DNA of 64,000 nt from a virus (Duplodnaviria > Caudoviricetes): positions 96,001 through 160,000 of the IMG/VR virus record IMGVR_UViG_3300037067_015211. The stretch is one strand, 5' to 3'. The position numbers and the translations under genes were made by a program. Under the pieces are notes generated by a model. It worked only from the letters and a program-made list of their open reading frames with translations, ran no database searches and was not told the origin of the DNA. Positions 57,314 through 64,000 of this stretch are shown here, one piece after another (within the stretch, counting starts at the first letter, position 1; the number at the start of each line of letters is the position of its first letter).

Positions 57314-57426
57314 AAGTTCATATATAATATACTATGAACTTTAAACATGGTCAAAGTACTTTGACACTTTCGACCCTTTTTGTAAGAATGAGTTTACAAA
57401 AAGTGTCAAAGTACTTTGACACTTTT
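57314..57426. repeat. cluster of palindromes and direct repeats (candidate origin/operator)
   Basis: 28-bp perfect palindrome 57399-57426; 16-bp palindrome 57350-57365; 21-bp direct repeat 57350/57405; 9-bp stems 57314/57333 and 57377/57394. Confidence 0.85.
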
Positions 57427-57733
57427 ACAACCCTTTTTTAACAGAAAGATAAGTAACTCTGGCTTCGGCTACCGCATTTTCGACCAGCATTTTATCTTTA
57501 TCGGAAAGATCGGCCTCAAACTGGGCGTCGTTATCACCCCAGTAGCAGGATACGTAATCACGACCATTAAACTCGGGAGTTACAAATCCGTGTCCACAAT
57601 CTCGGGTAAACCAACGAGAGATTTGAGTGATACCCATGCCCACAAGATGTTCAGCCAGAGCACTAAAATCCTGCCCAAACTCCTCATAGGTGCCGTTTTC
57701 GCCCAGCCTAATCCAAATATATTTGTTGCTCAT
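57425..57733 (-). CDS. hypothetical protein
   Basis: 102-aa ORF, ATGA overlap. Confidence 0.65.
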   Translation of the reverse strand: MSNKYIWIRLGENGTYEEFGQDFSALAEHLVGMGITQISRWFTRDCGHGFVTPEFNGRDYVSCYWGDNDAQFEADLSDKDKMLVENAVAEARVTYLSVKKGL

Positions 57734-58092
57734 GATCCAATTTCCTTTTTAAAATGTTGGTTAAAAATCCGATATGTTTTGTCCGAGTCGAGCAACCTAT
57801 CCAATTCGCCGTGAAAGCATTGTGCTCGCACACCGTATGGGGTCAGATAATTGTCTCTCCAATATTCCATAAACTGTACGCGGTTTAGGCTGTCCGGTTC
57901 ACTCAAAACTTCAATTACAGCATCATCGCCAAACTCATTGAGTAGTTGCAACACCTTAAAAGAAAGGTTTCTATTAGCCATATATTTTTTATTTTCTTTC
58001 GGACGTTCTTTCAAATAATTATCACAATCTTTGCAACGATGATTTGAAAGAGGTTTAATTTCGGCGGCAATGCCGCATTTTTCGCAAATCAT
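57730..58092 (-). CDS. hypothetical zinc-ribbon protein
   Basis: Start ATG 58092 after GGAGG; CEKCG..CKDC. Confidence 0.65.
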   Translation of the reverse strand: MICEKCGIAAEIKPLSNHRCKDCDNYLKERPKENKKYMANRNLSFKVLQLLNEFGDDAVIEVLSEPDSLNRVQFMEYWRDNYLTPYGVRAQCFHGELDRLLDSDKTYRIFNQHFKKEIGS

Positions 58093-58094
58093 TG

Positions 58095-58184
58095 TCAGCA
58101 CCCTCCAAGCATACAAAGAATGACATAAATCACAATCCAGACCAACACGTTAGAGCAACCATTACCATTTGCATTTTCAGACAT
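58095..58184 (-). CDS. 29-aa single-TM peptide (not in ORF track)
   Basis: AAGGAG RBS; MSENANGNGCSNVLVWIVIYVILCMLGGC. Confidence 0.55.
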   Translation of the reverse strand: MSENANGNGCSNVLVWIVIYVILCMLGGC

Positions 58185-58488
58185 TTTGTTCTCCTTCCCA
58201 AGTAAAAGGTGCATCAGTTTCACACTTAAACGCATATTCTTCACTCTTGGGATAATCATCATCCCAATAACACACTACCTCATAATACCCATAAACAGAA
58301 AAGTCATGAGCAAATTGTTTGACGGCCAGTTCAGCCCCCTTTGGTTCTGGGCCTACGGTTTCTCGGATCAACTCAATAAATCGTTTGCATTCTAGGGGTA
58401 CCCGTTCGTAGTAATCGGCATCGCCAACCTGAGCACAATCTTCATCAGCCGGGACAGGCCCGAGACATACATAATCGTATCTGTTCAT
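58177..58488 (-). CDS. conserved-looking phage hypothetical protein
   Basis: GPVPADEDCAQVG..EC..HDF..YYEV; GGAG RBS. Confidence 0.7.
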   Translation of the reverse strand: MNRYDYVCLGPVPADEDCAQVGDADYYERVPLECKRFIELIRETVGPEPKGAELAVKQFAHDFSVYGYYEVVCYWDDDYPKSEEYAFKCETDAPFTWEGEQNV

Positions 58489-58628
58489 GATTTAATCTCC
58501 TTACACGAATCGAGATATTCTTTAGAAAATGGCCAAACAGGACTAAACTTAGGATATTTCTGTTCATATTTCCTTGCACACTCATAACAAGGGAACTCCC
58601 AATATCCATTAAAATCTAGTTCTCCGTT
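58485..58628 (-). pseudogene. 3' part of a small gene split by IS607 (5' part ATGAAAAGG at 60717-60709)
   Basis: Open frame NGELDFNGYWEFPCYECARK...CKEIKS* ends with an ATGA overlap on the next gene; rejoins in frame across GG. Confidence 0.6.
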
Positions 58629-58637
58629 CCACAAAAC

Positions 58638-59852
58638 TTATAGAAATCTTAGCTTCTTGTTTGTTTCCTGCTTCTCAGAGACAACTTGCTTAGACTCTTT
58701 CAAACCTAAGTATTGGTTATTCTCTCCACAGGCTTTAATTCCCGTAGAACTTACGGTACTGTATTTTTCTAGGTTAATAGCCGCGCTTAAATCCCGGTCT
58801 ATTTCTAATCCACACGATTCACACTTGTAGATTCTATCAGCTAGTGTTAGCCCCTTTTTTATATTGCCACATCTGCTACACTTCTTGCTAGATGGATAGA
58901 ATCTATCTACTACGACAATCTTACAATTATACCACTCAGCCTTGTATTCAAGCTGTCTCCTAAATTCAGCCCACCCCACATCAGAAATAGCCTGAGCTAG
59001 GCAGTGGTTTTTCATCATATTAGAAGGAGATAAATCTTCTATGACAACTCTTGACTTGGTTTTCGTCAAATATGTTGTTAGTTTATGAAGAGTATCTTTT
59101 CTAATACACGATATCTTATAGTGTAACTTGGCCAATCGTTTTCTAAATTTTTCTTTATTCTTGCTTCCTTTCTGTTTCTTACTATGTTTTTTTTGCAGTC
59201 TCTTTAGCTTTTTCAAATTCTTTTTAAGAGGTCTAGGATTTTCCACCACCACGCCGTCTGAACAAACCGCTAGTTCTTTTAACCCCAAGTCAACTCCTAC
59301 TGTGCCTTCTCTTGATTTAAAAGAAATTCTCTTGGATATATCGAACGAAATTGCAATAAACCACCTACCAGCCCTTTCTGATATAGTGGCTTGGGTTATT
59401 CTTAGATTAGTTGGTATGTATGACTTTTCTTTTAATCTTACTCTGCCAATTCTAGGTAGCTGAATATACTTGTTATAGGCATATATTGAACCATCTAGTG
59501 TAAAACTTCCTAGTGCATTTTTCCGAGATTTAAATCTCGGAAAGCCCTTTTTACCCTTCTTTTTCTTCTTACAATTTCTAAAGAAATTCTTATAGGCTTT
59601 TTCAAGATTTATTAAAGCAATTTGAGGGGCACATTTTGAAGCTTCATACATCCACGGAAAGTCTGTTTTCTTAAGTTTAACTAACTCTTTATGTAGATCA
59701 TAGGCAGTTAGAAACTTATTGCCATTCTTTTTATTTTCTACTTGTCTACCTAATCCCCAATTGTAAGCAAACCTAGCTATCCCACTGTGCTTGACCAGAA
59801 GTGTTCTTTGCTTATTGTTAGGCTTTAGCTCTATCTTAAAACTTTTTCTCAT
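58638..59852 (-). CDS. tnpB: RNA-guided endonuclease TnpB
   Basis: ARFAYNWGL, GFPRFK, VGVDLGL, VVIEDL, FYPSSKKCSRCG, CESCGLEIDRDLSAAINL. Confidence 0.95.
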   Translation of the reverse strand: MRKSFKIELKPNNKQRTLLVKHSGIARFAYNWGLGRQVENKKNGNKFLTAYDLHKELVKLKKTDFPWMYEASKCAPQIALINLEKAYKNFFRNCKKKKKGKKGFPRFKSRKNALGSFTLDGSIYAYNKYIQLPRIGRVRLKEKSYIPTNLRITQATISERAGRWFIAISFDISKRISFKSREGTVGVDLGLKELAVCSDGVVVENPRPLKKNLKKLKRLQKKHSKKQKGSKNKEKFRKRLAKLHYKISCIRKDTLHKLTTYLTKTKSRVVIEDLSPSNMMKNHCLAQAISDVGWAEFRRQLEYKAEWYNCKIVVVDRFYPSSKKCSRCGNIKKGLTLADRIYKCESCGLEIDRDLSAAINLEKYSTVSSTGIKACGENNQYLGLKESKQVVSEKQETNKKLRFL

Positions 59853-60460
59853 GTTTTGGCTTTTCGCCTATTTTCTGCACCACGTCTTCCATATATTCTA
59901 GCCGAAAATGATGTCATTAATGAAATCATATCTTGTGTCAATTCCTCTTCATACGATTTAGGGAAAGTCTCTTCTACAATTTCCACAACCACACCGTATG
60001 AATTAAAGAAAAATTCAAATATTTTGAACATAAATCTACATAGCCTATCTTTGTGTTCTATAACAACTCTATTTATCTTTTTATCAATAATAAGAAAAAA
60101 AAGTTTATTTAGTTTTGGTCTAACATCCAACATACCAGAAGATATTTCTTCCAAAATATATTCAACTTGATATTTATTCTTAATACAATATTCAAAAATT
60201 CTTGCTTTTTGTCTATCTAGGTCGCCCTTTTGTTTTTGGTCATGACTAGACACACGACAATAAATTGCCGTGAGGTTATTTTCTGTTTTATCTAATTGTT
60301 TTTCTCCACAAAAATTTGCTAAATCGTCGATCTTAAAGCGTCTATGTCCGCCGACAGTTCTAATGGAAAATATTTTATTGGCATTACACCATTCGCGTAA
60401 TGTAGTTGTGCTAATACCAAGAATTTCTGCTGCTTTTTTTATGTTTATAAGTTTATCCAT
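59849..60460 (-). CDS. tnpA: IS607 serine transposase TnpA
   Basis: N-terminal HTH (AAEILGIS..LREW..RTVGGHRRF); IYCRVSS..QK.DL.RQ; KDRL.RF; SFSARIYG. Confidence 0.95.
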   Translation of the reverse strand: MDKLINIKKAAEILGISTTTLREWCNANKIFSIRTVGGHRRFKIDDLANFCGEKQLDKTENNLTAIYCRVSSHDQKQKGDLDRQKARIFEYCIKNKYQVEYILEEISSGMLDVRPKLNKLFFLIIDKKINRVVIEHKDRLCRFMFKIFEFFFNSYGVVVEIVEETFPKSYEEELTQDMISLMTSFSARIYGRRGAENRRKAKT

Positions 60461-60653
60461 CTTTTTTAACCAACATGTTAAACCACTTGTCGTATATTTC
60501 TTGAAATTCTTCTAACGAAGGAATATCTTTTAGTGGTATGGTGTGTTTATAAATATTGCCATCCTCCGTCTCAAATTCATCTGCTGTAATTCTAACTATT
60601 TTCATTTTTTTCACATATTCCCTTCTAATACTATAAACACTGATTTTTAGCAC
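60453..60653 (-). CDS. small ORF inside the IS607 left end
   Basis: MKIVRITADEFETEDG...; overlaps the tnpA start; exact start uncertain. Confidence 0.5.
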   Translation of the reverse strand: MLKISVYSIRREYVKKMKIVRITADEFETEDGNIYKHTIPLKDIPSLEEFQEIYDKWFNMLVKKDG

Positions 60654-60718
60654 AAGTTTCTATAAAAATCAATAAATTTTTATAATTTTTTTATCAACTA
60701 TTCAAAACCCTTTTCATT

Positions 60719-60988
60719 TTATTTCTCCCAAACTGCCCAAATCTGATAACCGCTGCCTTTACCATCCGTGCTTGTCGAGCCAATGCGCTCACACCGACCT
60801 TTACGACATTGCCTGTTTCCATATCGATAACCAGTTATTTCATTTTTGCAACATTCGAGTTTTGCGCCGGGGTGATTGGACAATACATCAGACAATCGGC
60901 TAACTCTATGGTGCCAATTTTCCGTATACCGATATCCATACGGTTGCAACTCGGTCAACATTTTTTTAGCGATTTCTTTGGTGTTCAT
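60719..60988 (-). CDS. hypothetical protein
   Basis: Start moved to ATG 60988 (AAGGA RBS). Confidence 0.6.
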   Translation of the reverse strand: MNTKEIAKKMLTELQPYGYRYTENWHHRVSRLSDVLSNHPGAKLECCKNEITGYRYGNRQCRKGRCERIGSTSTDGKGSGYQIWAVWEK

Positions 60989-60998
60989 GATTTTTTCC

Positions 60999-61376
60999 TT
61001 AACCAACAAGTTCTTTGATACGGTTAATCTTTTTGATTTCATAATTCCTGTGATTAATTATGGCATCTTTGCTTTGAACGGTCATGGGCCACTTGGTGCA
61101 AAAAGAGCCAAATCCACTTGCCCCACAAACCGTGCAACGATAATCACGGCTACACCCAGTGTTTTTATTGATGGCAATAATTTCTTCGGCACGGGATTTG
61201 GGATTAGCCACACGATAGAGAATATGTGCCATTCTCTCAGGGTCCAAATTAAACAAATGGCAAAAGTGGGCGGCAAGAATCCTGTGGTCCTGCACAGATT
61301 CCAAAACTGCATCACACATGTCCTTAGTAAGTGCTCTTTTGAGATAATTGGCAATTTCTCGTTCTTTTCTGTTCAT
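60999..61376 (-). CDS. hypothetical protein
   Basis: 125 aa, AAGGAG RBS, CTVCG. Confidence 0.65.
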   Translation of the reverse strand: MNRKEREIANYLKRALTKDMCDAVLESVQDHRILAAHFCHLFNLDPERMAHILYRVANPKSRAEEIIAINKNTGCSRDYRCTVCGASGFGSFCTKWPMTVQSKDAIINHRNYEIKKINRIKELVG

Positions 61377-61380
61377 GATT

Positions 61381-61566
61381 TTACTCCTTCACCGGCATAT
61401 TGGTAATCTCAACCGTTTCATTAGTAAACCGACCATCACGGCCATACAATAATACCTGCACAAACGCACAACAATCATTGTCTGGCCCCACACGATCCCA
61501 CGCGCCAACCTCTGCGCGTCCCTCATCAACTTTTTTCATGAGGGTTTTATGCGTCATTCTTTTCAT
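61381..61566 (-). CDS. hypothetical protein
   Basis: 61 aa, GGGGGA RBS. Confidence 0.6.
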   Translation of the reverse strand: MKRMTHKTLMKKVDEGRAEVGAWDRVGPDNDCCAFVQVLLYGRDGRFTNETVEITNMPVKE

Positions 61567-61578
61567 GGTTTCCCCCTT

Positions 61579-61797
61579 TCAATTGTTGTTGATGTTTTGG
61601 TAGTGCTGGGAAATTTCAAATCTCATTGTTTTGGCGGCATCCCAGTTGTTTAGAATTGCATAAGGAAGCCCAACCACATTGTTTACAACCACAAATCTTC
61701 CATCAGTGGTGGTTTCAATAGAGGCATAAGGGGATTCTTGATAATAGACCTTTTTTACTGCATAACCAACTTCAACCTCTTCAAATCCTACTCTCAT
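61579..61797 (-). CDS. hypothetical protein
   Basis: 72 aa, AAGGAG RBS. Confidence 0.65.
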   Translation of the reverse strand: MRVGFEEVEVGYAVKKVYYQESPYASIETTTDGRFVVVNNVVGLPYAILNNWDAAKTMRFEISQHYQNINNN

Positions 61798-61823
61798 GAT
61801 CTTCTCCTTTCACAGTTATTGAG

Positions 61824-61905
61824 ATTGTATGGATAATTCTCGATTTGTCAAGGGACGAAATAAAAATTATTTTTCTCTTCCATAATGCAATGAGTTTGTT
61901 ATAAT
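61824..61905. promoter_or_regulatory. divergent sigma70-like promoters
   Basis: Minus TTGACA(61851-46)-16-TACAAT(61829-24); plus TGnTATAAT (61897-61905) 8 nt before helicase ATG. Confidence 0.6.
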
Positions 61906-61913
61906 AAACAATC

Positions 61914-63347
61914 ATGTTTAGCAAAAAAATAACGGGATATATCTCGGATCGGGTTTACTTAAACTTAAGCCAGATTCCACAAGATGTCCATAAACAACTG
62001 CATATGTTGTTTGAGCGGTCAAATCCAGACTTTTTTAATAACAAAAGGCTAGGTTTTTCCAACTATAATACCCCGGCGAAGCTTGTCTTCCACTTTTCTG
62101 AATATATGGACCTTAAATTCACAGGAGATACGTTTTGCTTCCCCGTAGGCGCATTGGAAGATGTAAGAGATACTCTGGCAGGGTATACGCTAAAACTTGA
62201 CGACAGAAGGCTTTCTATCGCCGCTCAGCTAAAGGACAACATTAATCTATTGTCTCACCAAATTGGTGCCGTCAACGAAATGGTCAAACATGATACCGGC
62301 ATATTGGTGGCCCGATGTGGCAGTGGAAAAAGTATATTAGCACTTAAATTGGCCACTATCAAGCAACAAAGAACACTAATTTGTGTGCATACAAAGAAAT
62401 TATTAGAACAATGGATGGAGCGGGTGGAAGAGTTTGTGGGCGTGGTGCCCGGCCAATATGGGGCGGGAAAGAAGGAAATAAAAGACATCACAATAGGAAT
62501 GATACAGACGATCACGAGGAATATAGATAGCTTAAAAGATAAGTTTGGTATGGTCGTGTTCGACGAGTGCCATCACGTATCGGCGAATACATTTTACGAT
62601 ATTGCCACTAAAATGCAGTGTAAATATCGGTATGGAATATCCGCGACTCCTTCTCGGAAGGACCAGAAACAGTTTCTTTTCAAGGCCGCTCTCGGGCCAG
62701 TAAGGCACAAAATACAAAAGGCAGAAGTCGAAAAGGCGGGAATTATTATTCCGGCCAGCATTAAAATAGTGAAAACAAATTTCGAATGCCCCGAATATTT
62801 GGACGAGCAAGGAGACTATTTCAAAAACTACCATTATTTACTAGATAAACTGATAAAGGATGTGGAAAGAATAAAGCTTATTTTCAAACACCTTGAGCCA
62901 GAGTTAAAGGCAGGGCACAAGGTACTAATGTTGTTTGACCGCTTCAATATCAAGTTAAAAGACAAATTTGGGGAAGTAATCGCCGTTAGCAATATTGTCA
63001 AGAAGTGGGAAAAATGGCTTTGTGACAAAGGATACAAGGCTCTGGCGTGTACTGGTGGAAGCAAGGACAACCTAAACGATATTGATGCTATGTTCAAGGA
63101 TGGTAGACTCCAAATATTAATTGCATCTACCGTGGCCGATGAGGGGCTAGATATCAAGATCATCGACAGGCTTTTTATGTGCCTACCCTGTAAAAATAAT
63201 GAAGGCTTGTTGGAACAAAGAGTGGGGAGAATAGAGAGAAAATATCCCGACAAGGAAGATGCCATAGCCTATTATTTTTTAGATACAAATATATTTGGCG
63301 AGAATATCTATCGGCTTAAGAAAAAATACAAGGTGGAAGAAACATGA
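61914..63347 (+). CDS. superfamily 2 DExH helicase (UvsW/XPB-like)
   Basis: ARCGSGKS, DECHH, SATPSR, EGLDI, QRVGRIER. Confidence 0.92.
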   Translation: MFSKKITGYISDRVYLNLSQIPQDVHKQLHMLFERSNPDFFNNKRLGFSNYNTPAKLVFHFSEYMDLKFTGDTFCFPVGALEDVRDTLAGYTLKLDDRRLSIAAQLKDNINLLSHQIGAVNEMVKHDTGILVARCGSGKSILALKLATIKQQRTLICVHTKKLLEQWMERVEEFVGVVPGQYGAGKKEIKDITIGMIQTITRNIDSLKDKFGMVVFDECHHVSANTFYDIATKMQCKYRYGISATPSRKDQKQFLFKAALGPVRHKIQKAEVEKAGIIIPASIKIVKTNFECPEYLDEQGDYFKNYHYLLDKLIKDVERIKLIFKHLEPELKAGHKVLMLFDRFNIKLKDKFGEVIAVSNIVKKWEKWLCDKGYKALACTGGSKDNLNDIDAMFKDGRLQILIASTVADEGLDIKIIDRLFMCLPCKNNEGLLEQRVGRIERKYPDKEDAIAYYFLDTNIFGENIYRLKKKYKVEET

Positions 63348-63649
63348 AGCTTCGATATTCAGATAGAGTATGTCTTGAGTGTGGGAAGGCGTTAGAAACA
63401 CTGGATTGGCTATATATTGACGCTGTTTATTCTTTTTGTTCCATGAAGTGCAAGAATGTTTTTTATAAGTGTGATGGTGAAAAGACAAAAGAATTTATTG
63501 CTAAATCATTGGAGAACAAAATGGCTAACGACAAACATGTTTGGATTGTTCGAGGCAAGTTGATTGTGTGTAAGAAGTGTGGTGTTGTTCGCCGTGAGGA
63601 CGGGCAGAATGGGCCGTGTAGGGGAAAGGCCAAAATATCGCTTAGATAG
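63344..63649 (+). CDS. Cys-rich zinc-finger hypothetical protein
   Basis: CLECG..FCSMKC; H.W..CKKCG..C. Confidence 0.65.
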   Translation: MKLRYSDRVCLECGKALETLDWLYIDAVYSFCSMKCKNVFYKCDGEKTKEFIAKSLENKMANDKHVWIVRGKLIVCKKCGVVRREDGQNGPCRGKAKISLR

Positions 63650-63947
63650 GTTTGTTTTCCACAATGACCCTGTGGCCAGCATCATAAACTATTTGTTCGT
63701 TGTTTTCAGAAAGAACATATAGTTTTTCTTTCAACATTCTGATAAAATCTTTTATTGACATAACGCTATTATTGTCCAAAAGTACGGCCGGTAATTTTTT
63801 TGATAGAATGGGAGAAATTTTTTTACCATAATAATTTGTGATTGTTATGGTTCTGTCATAGTCTTTTAAAAACTTTATCCCCTCAATATTTTCCAAACAA
63901 CATTTTTCATTGGCCAATATTTTTTTTATTTTTATATGTCTGGCCAT
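63642..63947 (-). CDS. hypothetical protein
   Basis: 101-aa ORF. Confidence 0.55.
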   Translation of the reverse strand: MARHIKIKKILANEKCCLENIEGIKFLKDYDRTITITNYYGKKISPILSKKLPAVLLDNNSVMSIKDFIRMLKEKLYVLSENNEQIVYDAGHRVIVENKPI

Positions 63948-64000
63948 ATATAATCTTTCTGGTTGCCATCGGTATCGTCTCTCATATCTGGGAAAGGTTT

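Larger units (their letters stand above)
58629..60710 (-). mobile_element. IS607-family element (passenger ORF + tnpA + tnpB)
   Basis: Serine recombinase and TnpB with 4-nt overlap; GG dinucleotides at both inferred ends; right end may instead be at 58624. Confidence 0.85.

Noticed and set aside
1-64000. Genome-wide TAG recoding suggested by the amber codon in the ACP
   Set aside because: Long genes are intact under the standard code, and TAG ends dnaE, dnaN, primase, fkbH and others at their expected C-termini
1-64000. tRNA/rRNA genes, inteins or introns
   Set aside because: No cloverleaf or T-loop signature noticed in the short intergenic gaps; dnaE, dnaB and recA are of normal length. 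A tRNAscan/Infernal run would be needed to exclude small RNAs

Overview
Gene-dense, AT-rich 64 kb segment, mostly on the minus strand and read with the standard genetic code. It is most consistent with a large (jumbo-type) bacteriophage genome; no portal, terminase, full-length capsid or tail gene is recognisable in this window. (1) 1-6.6 kb and 15.7-16.8 kb: modular unknown proteins sharing an N-terminal I[YF]xTWx[KR]..A leader and a helical repeat. (2) 6.7-15.3 kb: an acyl-amino-sugar operon (VOC, FkbH, an ACP missing from the ORF track and broken by one TAG, GNAT, two SAM methyltransferases, DegT aminotransferase, MaoC-SDR fusion) plus two glycosyltransferases. (3) 17-28 kb: SLBB lipoprotein, WYL protein, two metallopeptidases, sigma factor, dNMP kinase, six more glycosyltransferases (one SunS-like), RuvC. 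(4) 30-57 kb: a bacterial-type replication/recombination block (SbcC, split SbcD, RecA, SSB-like, YhaM, DnaE, beta clamp, primase, dUTPase, three DNA methyltransferases, DnaB, DnaC-like, putative initiator, palindrome-rich candidate origin). It is interrupted by small genes, some with duplicated RBS junctions, including proteins resembling isolated major-capsid fragments. (5) 57-64 kb: small genes, an IS607 (tnpA/tnpB plus a passenger ORF) splitting a small gene, and an SF2 helicase. Best candidates for an undescribed system: a phage-encoded protein/virion glycosylation pathway with a PKS-like ACP-dependent acyl cap, the capsid-fragment gene family, and the shared leader peptide. All family calls come from motifs recognised by eye, not database searches.
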